From a virus, in the IMG/VR virus record IMGVR_UViG_3300043409_002109, positions 1 to 64,000 of that record: DNA of 64,000 nucleotides; one strand, written 5' to 3'. Below the pieces are notes generated by a model. It did no database searches. It saw only the letters and a program-made list of their open reading frames with translations, and was not told the DNA's origin. Below, piece by piece: positions 54,762 through 64,000 of this stretch. How positions within the stretch are numbered: position 1 is the first letter of the stretch; every line of letters begins with the position of its first letter. Position numbers and translations under genes: made by a program.

Positions 54762-55639
54762 TGGCTACCTATACTTCAAGTAAAGTTCTTCTGCCTACGG
54801 GCTTCGATGAGATTGGACTTAAATTATCTCTACAAAGATTCGAGGCTGAGGCTTTAGATGATTACCGCCGTAGACTCTTGCTTGAAACGGCTCAGCCTGC
54901 GGGCAGTTCGTTCAGTCGATTCTCTGCTTCTGTCTCTAGAAAGGTGGGGCTCTTTGATACTCCAGTGATTCGACTTGATATCGTTCTTGATGGCGATGGA
55001 GAACCCCTAGCTGCTGATCCAGTCATTGTCATTACTGCTTCGAAGCTCTATGCCTATCAAGATTACTCCGCTGGTACTGTTGAGATAGAGCTGCTACTTA
55101 CCGACAGGGATGGAGAGTGGTTCATTCAGGATGTTGTTGATGCTTTCAGTGGAAGCACTTATTTTACCTGCACGCTTTTAGACAGCGCCTTTGCCTATAA
55201 GTTGTCCCAGCAGTTAGCTGCTGGTTCTAATATCAAGTTCAAGGAAGTCTATCGTCTATCGCCCCGCGAGGTTCATGACTTTAACGTTCAAAATCTAAGA
55301 GAAGTTCTTTTCTCAGACCCTTTACTTTTCAAAACTGAGGTGGCGACCCCTGGAGACATCGAAGAGTATGGGGATTACTACCTCGATAGGCTTCAAGGAG
55401 CAGTCCAGGCTTATAGCTCCATGGGCGGCGGAGCGGTTGCTGAGTATGTAGAGTTCCCTTTTGAAGTTCGGTACCAGTCTGTTCGAAGCTATGAATTCAA
55501 AGATGAAGATGTAAACCATATTATTTATGATAATCTTTTATCAACTGACGGCTCTGAAAGTAGATTGCTTCTGAACTCTGTCGGGGCGAAAATGGTTAAT
55601 GAGATTCTTGCGGTACATCCGTTAGAGTGGGGAGAATAG
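54761..55639 (+). CDS. Baseplate protein (wedge I-like N-terminus)
   Basis: FDEIGLKLSLQRFEAE..DDYRRRL; start ATG 54761 (TAATG overlap, GAGG RBS) rather than 54686. Confidence 0.6.
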   Translation: MATYTSSKVLLPTGFDEIGLKLSLQRFEAEALDDYRRRLLLETAQPAGSSFSRFSASVSRKVGLFDTPVIRLDIVLDGDGEPLAADPVIVITASKLYAYQDYSAGTVEIELLLTDRDGEWFIQDVVDAFSGSTYFTCTLLDSAFAYKLSQQLAAGSNIKFKEVYRLSPREVHDFNVQNLREVLFSDPLLFKTEVATPGDIEEYGDYYLDRLQGAVQAYSSMGGGAVAEYVEFPFEVRYQSVRSYEFKDEDVNHIIYDNLLSTDGSESRLLLNSVGAKMVNEILAVHPLEWGE

Positions 55640-58111
55640 ATGTCTCTAGTAGAATTACCAGTAGAATGTTTTGTGAAGGAGACAGATAGCTACCAACCTC
55701 TGACTGGGGTTTTTGCTACAGAGGAGTCTATTCCTGGATGGAGATGGGATAGAAGAATCTTGCCCAGCGAGACGAAGGTAGACACAAGATATAATACTTT
55801 TCTCGGTGGCCATTCGGCGGGACTAAGAGACGGAACTAAGCTGAGTGATTGGCAAAGTGGGACTCTGAGCGGTTGTGGATATGAGCAGATTCTTCTGCAG
55901 CAGAAGAACGATAGCCTTCAGTGGGTGCCTCAGGTCTCTACTGGGGAGTACGCCGTCCGGTGGGATAAGCGCCCGCTCTTCTCGGATCAGTCTGTGAGCT
56001 TTAATCTTAGTACAGATGTCACTATGGATGATCGCTATATTGCTCAGCTTCAAAGTGAAGAGTACCAAACAGCTTTAACAGGATCCCTATTTGTAGCTAT
56101 CTGGAGACGCTTAGAAGATTTCTCTATTATGACTGCGATTCCATTCCAGTATGTAGATGAGTTTACTCCACTTCCCGAGTATACAACGACTGTTGATGAT
56201 GATGGGAGCGTAATCTGGGCGCAAGTTTCAGATGTCCACAATGAATATCTTGTAGATGAGGACCGATTAGTTCTTTTTAATAATCTTAAAACTATTGAAG
56301 TTGCAACTGGAGATCGGTATGAAGATTATATCGTTGACAGCTGGGAATCGAAGGGTCCGGGTAGTGCCGATGGTAGAACTCTATTTGCTAATTACTTCCC
56401 CTTTGACTTTAATAGCCTAAGGGTAGCTTCTGTAGATAGCTTTGGGAACCACATTCTATGGGAAGAGGTTTCGAGTTTTAGGAACTCTAGCGCCACAGAC
56501 TATCATTATACGGCAAATTATGATCTTGGGACTATAGAGATGGGAGGCTTCCAGGCTCCTAATCTTAAACTCAAGACAGCTATTAATGCCTTCGCAGATG
56601 AAATTGAAGTGTTCGTGGAGCCAGATATCTTCGACGACTATCTAGACCAAGGGGTTCTTAGAATAGGGAGTGAAAAGATCTTCTACGCAGAGAAGACTTA
56701 TACTGGATTCCGTAATCTAACTCGCGGGTATGACTTTACCTCAGCTGCAGCCCATTTGGTAGGAGCTAACGTCCGAGATACTCAGCATGGTGCCGGTACT
56801 ACAGACGAATTGTATATTTCTTATCGTGCTGTCCCGAGAGTTGACGTAGAGAGTTCTCTCCACACCCGTCGTACTGCGAATAAAACTGGATGGCTGAACA
56901 TAGTTTCTTCTGCAAATGCTGAGACTAATAATATCCTCCAGATATTATCAGCAAACATTAACTTAGCTGAGCTTGTTCTGGAGATTGACCGGCCAATTTT
57001 AGGAGGCAACATTTACGGCCCCGTTTATTATGGGACTGATACCGCTCGTTTGACTGCTCGTGGCCTTGATGCAAATGGGAATCCAGTTGAAGATGTTGAT
57101 ATTACCGTTGAGATTATGAGTGGGGTTGGCTATTTAGATGGCACAAGTGAAGAGGTAACCAAGAGCAGCAACTCTCTCGGTGAGACTTATACAGCTTTTC
57201 ATGCCCCATATTCAGATGCTGAAGTAGCCTACAGAGTATCCTCTGTATCTCATGATGCTGGAGATACCTTAATGAGCGTCTCTGGTTTACCAAGAGGAGT
57301 TTCAGTTGAAGATATCTGGGTCTTCCAAGTTCTGAAGAGAGATCCTTTTAGAGGTACTGTTGGCAAACCAAGTACCGTTCTCTCTAGCGGTGCCAGCAGC
57401 GCACCCAATGGCGATTCATATCTAATTTTGGATGGTCGGATAGATGATAATCTTAGGGGCGGTAAAATATATGTTCTAACTACTACCGGTGTAAAGAGGA
57501 GTCATGTTATCGTTTATTCTGAGGTGTACACTGATCTAGTAACTGGGCATGTCAATACTAAATTGTATGTAGGGGGTCCTCTGGTCCCCGCTTACAATGA
57601 CGGGCAGCCTTGCTGGGTGCTTACTGAGGAGGACATAGAATGGGATCCAATTGCTAAGAGAGGCCAGCGCGTTGTCGTCTATGAGTGGTCTGCTTCTGCT
57701 GCCCATCCTCTTACTGGCGATCCTGGTGCTTATACTCCTGTGCATCCGAACAGTATTAGTGCGGGGGTCTTAAGATTTACTGGAAGAGAATTCCCCTTAC
57801 CCGATGCTAATGATGATGAAGTTGAACTAGGCGCTTATGTTATAATAGCTCCAGGTGAAACAAGAATCAGAGCTGTGGCCCAAGATCCTTTTACAAATCA
57901 AACTGTTACTTCTAATCAATTGAGAGTAAGAATAAGTCTTCCTCAATACCTACTGGGTGTTGATTCTAGTGGTGCTTTACCTGTACCATATGGTTTCAAG
58001 TTCGCGACTGAAGAGTTCAATGTTGGCGCAGGCATAGGCGGAGCAAACTTTCTTACTATCAATCCGAAAGCTTCGGGAATAAATCAATTTAGTATCACAG
58101 GATTAATCTAA
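55640..58111 (+). CDS. Baseplate/fibre-attachment protein with an Ig-like (Big_1-type) segment
   Basis: LTARGLDANGNPVEDVDITVE; IGSEKIFY...LTRGY...AAAH motif seen in tail proteins. Confidence 0.6.
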   Translation: MSLVELPVECFVKETDSYQPLTGVFATEESIPGWRWDRRILPSETKVDTRYNTFLGGHSAGLRDGTKLSDWQSGTLSGCGYEQILLQQKNDSLQWVPQVSTGEYAVRWDKRPLFSDQSVSFNLSTDVTMDDRYIAQLQSEEYQTALTGSLFVAIWRRLEDFSIMTAIPFQYVDEFTPLPEYTTTVDDDGSVIWAQVSDVHNEYLVDEDRLVLFNNLKTIEVATGDRYEDYIVDSWESKGPGSADGRTLFANYFPFDFNSLRVASVDSFGNHILWEEVSSFRNSSATDYHYTANYDLGTIEMGGFQAPNLKLKTAINAFADEIEVFVEPDIFDDYLDQGVLRIGSEKIFYAEKTYTGFRNLTRGYDFTSAAAHLVGANVRDTQHGAGTTDELYISYRAVPRVDVESSLHTRRTANKTGWLNIVSSANAETNNILQILSANINLAELVLEIDRPILGGNIYGPVYYGTDTARLTARGLDANGNPVEDVDITVEIMSGVGYLDGTSEEVTKSSNSLGETYTAFHAPYSDAEVAYRVSSVSHDAGDTLMSVSGLPRGVSVEDIWVFQVLKRDPFRGTVGKPSTVLSSGASSAPNGDSYLILDGRIDDNLRGGKIYVLTTTGVKRSHVIVYSEVYTDLVTGHVNTKLYVGGPLVPAYNDGQPCWVLTEEDIEWDPIAKRGQRVVVYEWSASAAHPLTGDPGAYTPVHPNSISAGVLRFTGREFPLPDANDDEVELGAYVIIAPGETRIRAVAQDPFTNQTVTSNQLRVRISLPQYLLGVDSSGALPVPYGFKFATEEFNVGAGIGGANFLTINPKASGINQFSITGLI

Positions 58112-58112
58112 G

Positions 58113-59870
58113 ATGTCAGACTCACTACAGCCTGGAGTTAAAGTAGCTCCGATATTTGTTGATGGAGAAGCTTCCCCGGCGGCTAAGTTCACTGCTATTG
58201 GAGCACAGCTTTCACGAGCCACACGAAAACTAGAGGCAGCCGTTGGGGATATCCATGATGAGTCATATCCTTATAGCTCCCTTAATGATGCTCGACTGTC
58301 TGTAGAGTGGGGCCGGTCCAAGACAACTGATGCTGCACTTACTGGAACAGCTACTCGATCTTTAGATATTGCGAATCTTGCTAGGTTAATTGGCCCATCA
58401 TCCAATTTGAATCCTAAGCTTCCGGCAGGCACTGTAACAGTAACGGAAGATATCCCGGCTGGTGTCCACGAATTCACTTTGCAGTTTCCCCCTTTAGCTC
58501 TCGTGAGTAGCACTGACGCTGCTGTTGTTATTGCTAATAGTCAGGTAGCCCCAACTACAGTCAGCGGCACAGGCGATTTCCATAGAAGCGGAAGCACTAT
58601 CTATACTTTCGATGCCACCGCCGGTGATACCATTACCTATACACTTACCCCAAGTGTTTGGGGTAGTGGACCGAACTATACGGGAGGTACATTCAATGTT
58701 ATCCCTGACCTGAACCAGCTTGAAGCTGGTGGTGATGGCTGTGTGGCAGTGCTTGATGGCGATGGCCGCTATAGCATTACCCTTCCACTCTGCACCCATC
58801 TATCTTCGAATATAGGCGGAACTGTTATTGCATTAACTGCAGCTGATCCCCTCTATAACGAGCAGCTTATTCTTCCTAGAGTTCTAGTAGACAACTATGT
58901 TTCCGATGAAGTGATTCCTGGTGGGTTCTTGTACCTTCGGAACTGGACTACTGGTGAGGTCTATGATGATGCTACTTATTACTATTCGGCTAACGATACT
59001 ATTATCGTTGGGGGTATAGACCTTGATGATGCGATAGCGGACGGTGATCTCTTAGCCATTGTTACAGTAGGGACTGATATCACTACTACCTTAGATGATC
59101 TGCGCCAGAAATTTGCTTACCACAAGCATGACCGTAGCCGTGGGGAAATGGCAATTGAAGCTGAAGATATAGTAGGCTGGACAAAGGAGCCAGGCGCTAG
59201 TGGTATCTTCACAAAGAGTGTGATGCCTGGAAACTATGCCCCGCAGTATCTTCATAGAGATGGTTTCGAATCGAGTGAGGATGGTCTTAACGACAATAAC
59301 ATCATGAGAGGGGACCTCGGACTTGGAGCTGCGTTCTCTGATCCTGGTGATTTTACTGACACAACTAGTGGAAGGGTCTCTCAGTCCCTTCTATTCTTTG
59401 GAGGAACGGGAGGTGACACAGCTAGTATAAGAAGAGGTGCTACAGGGAACTTAGAAATAGAGGCCGGAGCTTCCAAATATATCGAGACTGAATCAACAGT
59501 TTCTTTGAAGGAAGGTCTGCGAGGAGATGATGGAGATTTAACTGCTGGGCTTTATACAGCGAAGCTGTTCGTCTATCCAATAAATAATGTAACATATGCT
59601 TCTGGTATAACTGTAGATCTAGATGCGTTAAATGCTACTTCAGGTCTAAGTTCAATCGCTACGATTTTACATGGCTTGCAAGTAATGATAAAATTGAGCA
59701 CAGAAGATCGCTGGTATGGCGTGATCAACAATTCCCTTGTTGGAGCCCGCGATTGGGGATGGAGTTTTAATCAAGCGAATTGGACTTTATCCATTGTGCT
59801 CGGCGGTGGAGCAGATTGGGGTTCTGGACCAGACATAGATATCCGAATTATGGGCTGGTATGGAGTCTAA
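58113..59870 (+). CDS. Tail fibre/baseplate structural protein
   Basis: Thr/Gly/Asp-rich; HKHD and PQYLHRDG fibre-like motifs. Confidence 0.55.
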   Translation: MSDSLQPGVKVAPIFVDGEASPAAKFTAIGAQLSRATRKLEAAVGDIHDESYPYSSLNDARLSVEWGRSKTTDAALTGTATRSLDIANLARLIGPSSNLNPKLPAGTVTVTEDIPAGVHEFTLQFPPLALVSSTDAAVVIANSQVAPTTVSGTGDFHRSGSTIYTFDATAGDTITYTLTPSVWGSGPNYTGGTFNVIPDLNQLEAGGDGCVAVLDGDGRYSITLPLCTHLSSNIGGTVIALTAADPLYNEQLILPRVLVDNYVSDEVIPGGFLYLRNWTTGEVYDDATYYYSANDTIIVGGIDLDDAIADGDLLAIVTVGTDITTTLDDLRQKFAYHKHDRSRGEMAIEAEDIVGWTKEPGASGIFTKSVMPGNYAPQYLHRDGFESSEDGLNDNNIMRGDLGLGAAFSDPGDFTDTTSGRVSQSLLFFGGTGGDTASIRRGATGNLEIEAGASKYIETESTVSLKEGLRGDDGDLTAGLYTAKLFVYPINNVTYASGITVDLDALNATSGLSSIATILHGLQVMIKLSTEDRWYGVINNSLVGARDWGWSFNQANWTLSIVLGGGADWGSGPDIDIRIMGWYGV

Positions 59871-61975
59871 TGTCTAAGATTACTCTAGAGCTATTAGCTA
59901 ACTACGAAAACGGAGGGGATCCCTATGTCTGGGAAATCCCTCTGCATGTTCATGTGCATAATAGGATAGAGCAGTTTGTTTATTTCAATGAGATAAAAGA
60001 CGGCGCAGCCCCTATCGCTTACCTTGAGAATCAAGCTTTAGACAGTCGGCGCAACTTGCATGTAGTTAACAGAAGCTATCAGATTCCTGGCAACGCCATC
60101 AACAAGATCTATCAATTGTCTAGCTGGGATAAGGTCTCATCCTCTTCTTATTCTTCTATGTATAAGAATATTCTTGCTACCCATAAGACTTATGTAGATG
60201 AGAATGGTAAGACTCAACCTCTGTTCTGGAAGCATGTCCTGCCTGCTGATACTACAGTAGCAAAGTTGCAAGTAATTAGTCTTGGCGAGCGACTGCCTGT
60301 TGAGTCGGGTTATTTATTCGAGGTCGCAGATGGGGCAATCTATACTAACTATCAGAACATATTTGATCAGGACACTGGCGCCTATAAGCTGTACTTTGTG
60401 CAGTCGAGCACTTCAGCAGGCGCCACCTCTCATGTTCTTTTAAACCCAGAGCCTACCGTTAGCGAAGGCACTTGGGAAGATATCGATCTAGATACTGGTG
60501 ACTGGATAGAAGGTAAAGTCGTATTCTCTCGGTCTACTGGAACATCAGGGACAACGTTTTATTTTAGCGAAGCTCATACTTATTATATTAAGCCTTTTGA
60601 AACCTCACTTATTCAGCCTCGACTACCTAATGGTAGACTCCCCACTGACCCCTGGTATTTAAGATTCAGTGCCGGCGATTTAACTGCCTATGTAAACTCT
60701 TCGGCAAGAAGATACTCTGTTCCTGAATTCGAGCTGCAGAATTTCGCGCCCTCGAAGCCCTATATCTATTCACCTTATGAGCACATGAGCTACGTGAACG
60801 AGCGGGTGCTTGCGGCAAACAGAGGCTCATTAAAGATAGATCCAACGAATTCCTTACATATGGAACTGTTCATCTATGATGTTGAAGGTGTGCTTATTCG
60901 AGTACTTTCTACTAACACTGGCTTAGAAGCCACTCGTTATTCTACCACTGATGTATTCTATGAGACTGATAAGATTCTTTCTTGGGATGAGTACAGTGGA
61001 AAGGTCTCTCTAGGCATAAAGCTTCTACCGAGCTGGACTATCAAGGCGCGCTACTACTATGAAGCTGACGACTATCAGTATAGTGGTATTGATTTGAATC
61101 CTCTTTCTAATAAGTCTATACGCAACAAGACAGTTGTGTTCTATATCGTCCCGAATGTGGACGATGAGGACCATGCCATTCATCATCTTGTAGTAGACAT
61201 GGCAGGTATGATTGTTGAGTGTAGTCAGGGTGCTGGCTATGTGCATCCCAACCTACAGCTTCTTACTCCAGTCGGCACTTACAACTCGAATACTGTCATA
61301 GGTAAGCCTTACATATCTGAGACAGGTGATGACAGCTTTGTGTCCCTCTATACAGCGGGAGCTGCGAATACCTACGGTTATTCCGTCCTCGCAGAAGTCT
61401 CATTCGTAGAAAAGAATTTCCCCGAGAATCAAATCGTCTATGATGTAAGGCGCCCCGGGGCCGTCATTAGTCCGTCTAGATTCGAAGATGTAATCCAAGC
61501 TAATCCTAAGATCCTACAGAGTCTTCTGGGGTATGGAGAGTTCGGAGAAGAGGTTCCTCGTAATGGCGTTGTTGTCTTGAAGCCGCCCCTGACTCTACTC
61601 TCCGACTACGGAGGGGAGCTAACAGAGGAAGGCGTGAAAGCTCTTATCACTCAACACCTGGACTCTGCTGTTTATCCTATTATTCAGTATCAATATCCTG
61701 TTAGTGAGTTGGACGTAGATTCTACTGTCGTTGAGGAGCTGACATTGACTTGGACCTGGGAAGGTCCGGATCAGACGTATGAGCTTTTGAGAAGAGAGAG
61801 TCCTGCTGGGCAGTGGGAGGTAATTGATACTCAAGTATCCCCCGCAAGAGGGGTTCTGACTTATAACGATGTTGGATTAACCGCTGATGCAGTATACTAT
61901 TACACAGTAAGAATTACTGAGGATGGCATTACATTCCCAAATGGTAACAGCGTAGCAGCTAAGGTGAGAGCATGA
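59870..61975 (+). CDS. Baseplate/tail protein with C-terminal fibronectin type III-like domain
   Basis: LTLTW...YELLRR...W.......YNDVGL....YYYTVR pattern; start ATG 59870. Confidence 0.65.
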   Translation: MSKITLELLANYENGGDPYVWEIPLHVHVHNRIEQFVYFNEIKDGAAPIAYLENQALDSRRNLHVVNRSYQIPGNAINKIYQLSSWDKVSSSSYSSMYKNILATHKTYVDENGKTQPLFWKHVLPADTTVAKLQVISLGERLPVESGYLFEVADGAIYTNYQNIFDQDTGAYKLYFVQSSTSAGATSHVLLNPEPTVSEGTWEDIDLDTGDWIEGKVVFSRSTGTSGTTFYFSEAHTYYIKPFETSLIQPRLPNGRLPTDPWYLRFSAGDLTAYVNSSARRYSVPEFELQNFAPSKPYIYSPYEHMSYVNERVLAANRGSLKIDPTNSLHMELFIYDVEGVLIRVLSTNTGLEATRYSTTDVFYETDKILSWDEYSGKVSLGIKLLPSWTIKARYYYEADDYQYSGIDLNPLSNKSIRNKTVVFYIVPNVDDEDHAIHHLVVDMAGMIVECSQGAGYVHPNLQLLTPVGTYNSNTVIGKPYISETGDDSFVSLYTAGAANTYGYSVLAEVSFVEKNFPENQIVYDVRRPGAVISPSRFEDVIQANPKILQSLLGYGEFGEEVPRNGVVVLKPPLTLLSDYGGELTEEGVKALITQHLDSAVYPIIQYQYPVSELDVDSTVVEELTLTWTWEGPDQTYELLRRESPAGQWEVIDTQVSPARGVLTYNDVGLTADAVYYYTVRITEDGITFPNGNSVAAKVRA

Positions 61976-62430
61976 GCATTCAGGATTTAGAATTTGAGAT
62001 TGTATCTTCAGGCGATACTATTTATGACCCGCTTACGCTAGTTTCTAGTGTGGTGATGGAACTAAGAGTAACGAATATGGGAGACGAGGACTTAACTGAT
62101 CTTGGCTTCTATCTCGTCCCCTCAACCGATATCGGAGATGTGGATAATCCCTCTGAGGTTCCTGCCGAAACAGATTTCCAGGATGTTCTTTCTTGGGGGC
62201 AGGCGGTCTTTCTTGGAGAGGAAGTCGCTGGTGGAATAAAGATAACCTGTGATCCTGACGGAAGCGGCGATGAAACCACCTACTTCACTCGTGCCGCTGG
62301 TGCCTCAGGCGCAACCAAGATCCCACTTTTAGATTTAGATAGTGGAGATAATGCTCTCTTCTCTCTTGAGTTAGAGACTCCCCCAGGCGTTCCTTCTCGC
62401 AGGCTCTACGTAGACTTAGTTTTGGAGTAA
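61972..62430 (+). CDS. Small acidic structural protein
   Basis: ATGA overlap with the previous gene; beta-rich sequence. Confidence 0.65.
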   Translation: MSIQDLEFEIVSSGDTIYDPLTLVSSVVMELRVTNMGDEDLTDLGFYLVPSTDIGDVDNPSEVPAETDFQDVLSWGQAVFLGEEVAGGIKITCDPDGSGDETTYFTRAAGASGATKIPLLDLDSGDNALFSLELETPPGVPSRRLYVDLVLE

Positions 62431-62433
62431 AGA

Positions 62434-64000
62434 ATGTCTCTGAAATTAAAAGAAGCAACAGACTTTATTCTGAACGAGAGGAAGGCTGCCCGTAGACGGG
62501 CAGCGGATACCCCACACGTTGAGATAGAAGAGAAGAGGCTAGATAGCCTAGAGCAAAGAACCATTGAGCTGAAGAGCCTCCTAGAGGCTCAGAGATCTAT
62601 TCGTGGCGGGGGGCTAATGACCTCTGCCAGTGAAGTGAACTTTATCAAGAATGCGAAATATCAGGCAGCCCTAATGGCTGACAAGACGAACACTCTGGGA
62701 GAGAGAATCCAGCACAATGTTCACGAAGGCTTTTCTATCATTGAGGGGATAGAGAGATCCCTTGCCTCTCTTGAATCAGATATAAAAGAGAGTGAGCTTG
62801 AGTTTAAGAACGGCTACACAAAGGTTCATTTTAATAGCTTCGTTCGACACATAGACATGGATGAGGATTTTGAAACCACCCCTGTCCGAAGGGATCCTAA
62901 AACAGACATCCCTTACATCTCTAGTAGTATCTGTGAGATTGTTCCTGGAGTAGGCGTTACCCTTCCTTTGCTTCACGAAGAATCTATAGCATTCATTGAT
63001 GCAAGTTTAGTCTCAGAAGGTACGGACCGAGGGGATACAGAGAATCCCCTGATTCAAACAAGCCCAAGGAATGTGCTCTTACCTAATGGCTTGTTTAGAT
63101 ACTACATTGTGAAGAGAGAGTTCGATGAGACTTCGCGTCTATACAAGGCTGGAGATGTGACTTGTACTTTGCAACTTGAACTCTCTGGACTGCAGCTTAT
63201 TAACACACTAGTTATAGAGCCAGTATCTAGTTCAAGTATCTTCCTGACTAATCTTAAATGTGTCTCTGATAATGGAACAGAGATAACTATTGAAATAGAG
63301 CCCCAAGAGTTAATAAAAAAGACCACTCTTCTTTTTGGCGCTATTCGAGCTAGGTATATAATCTTCACCTTTAAGCAGTATGCTCCGGTAGAGCGCACCC
63401 AAATCTCTATGGGTAATAGTTATGCAGAGAAATTCAACGAACTGTTAGAGTCATCTGGGCTCACCCCGACTCTTTCTGAAAGCAAAGAGCTTGTCTATGG
63501 GGCGGCTTATGACTTCTCTTTGAAATCCATTAAAGGCTTTTTCAGAGAATACAACTCCACAGGCGTCTTTACTTCAGGTCCCATTCGCGCGAAGAACCTG
63601 ATTTCATTATCTTTAAATGAGAATACCGAGACTCCTAGCTATGTAGAAGATCAGTACCTGTATGGCAACACTATTGAAACGCCCTCTATAGAGAGATATG
63701 TTCACGCAGATGTGAAGACTCCTACAGGGCAGCTTTGTGTTACTGGGTTAATCCCGCTGAGAGATAGTTCGAACCTGCAGAATGAGTCTTTGCCTTTGTT
63801 CGGAAAGATATCTCGCCTAAAGTTTTTCCCAGATATATATAAGGACCTTTCTAAAGGGCGCTGTACAGCTACTTATAACGGGAGTCTTAATCTCTGGGTT
63901 GTTACTTGTGCAGATGGTATACCTGGATTGAGTTCCAAGACCACAGGAGTCCTTTATACTGACAGTGACCTTAGGTTCATTGGCGCAGATGGATCGGAGC
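62434..64000 (+). CDS. Partial CDS running off the window (MSLKLKEATDF...), probable baseplate/tail protein
   Basis: GGAG RBS, ATG 62434; frame appears open to the window end, which explains its absence from the track. Confidence 0.75.
   Translation, partial: MSLKLKEATDFILNERKAARRRAADTPHVEIEEKRLDSLEQRTIELKSLLEAQRSIRGGGLMTSASEVNFIKNAKYQAALMADKTNTLGERIQHNVHEGFSIIEGIERSLASLESDIKESELEFKNGYTKVHFNSFVRHIDMDEDFETTPVRRDPKTDIPYISSSICEIVPGVGVTLPLLHEESIAFIDASLVSEGTDRGDTENPLIQTSPRNVLLPNGLFRYYIVKREFDETSRLYKAGDVTCTLQLELSGLQLINTLVIEPVSSSSIFLTNLKCVSDNGTEITIEIEPQELIKKTTLLFGAIRARYIIFTFKQYAPVERTQISMGNSYAEKFNELLESSGLTPTLSESKELVYGAAYDFSLKSIKGFFREYNSTGVFTSGPIRAKNLISLSLNENTETPSYVEDQYLYGNTIETPSIERYVHADVKTPTGQLCVTGLIPLRDSSNLQNESLPLFGKISRLKFFPDIYKDLSKGRCTATYNGSLNLWVVTCADGIPGLSSKTTGVLYTDSDLRFIGADGSE

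Noticed and set aside
2670-64000. Stop-codon reassignment, tRNA genes, integrase or replication genes
   Set aside because: Genes tile densely in the standard code with TAG used as a real stop; no cloverleafs or such enzyme motifs were seen in this window.

Overview
This window is part of a large contractile-tailed (myovirus-type) dsDNA phage genome with two divergent blocks. (1) 1-~2400 is transcribed leftward. It holds a few small GC3-rich genes followed by intrinsic terminators, five copies of a pyrimidine-tract+TATGG motif, an alternating purine/pyrimidine tract, and ~900 nt (525-1421) of non-coding sequence dense in hairpins whose mismatches mostly resolve as G-U pairs on the minus strand, i.e. 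a candidate large structured RNA. (2) After an AT-rich, direct-repeat junction (~2430-2670), everything is one rightward, tightly coupled packaging/morphogenesis block. It encodes a probable TerS, a DEDD-exonuclease/thermonuclease fusion, an HNH endonuclease, a degenerate mini-terminase paralog, TerL, portal, protease/scaffold, head proteins, neck, sheath, three tube-fold paralogs, two chaperone paralogs, a tape-measure-like protein, a 3014-aa hub/M23 protein and baseplate/fibre genes. The standout is the 1738-aa protein right after the tape measure (36472-41688). It carries the ordered catalytic motifs of two-barrel RNA polymerases (GKIKGASFSV, RNPQLFRR..ITQAF, DNDGD) and shares a C-terminal signature with the tape-measure-like protein. 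Working hypothesis (inference): a tail-packaged single-chain virion RNA polymerase that reads the Y-tract-TATGG sites of the leftward block, one product of which is the ~900-nt structured RNA. All calls come from motif reading by eye; no database searches or folding programs were run.
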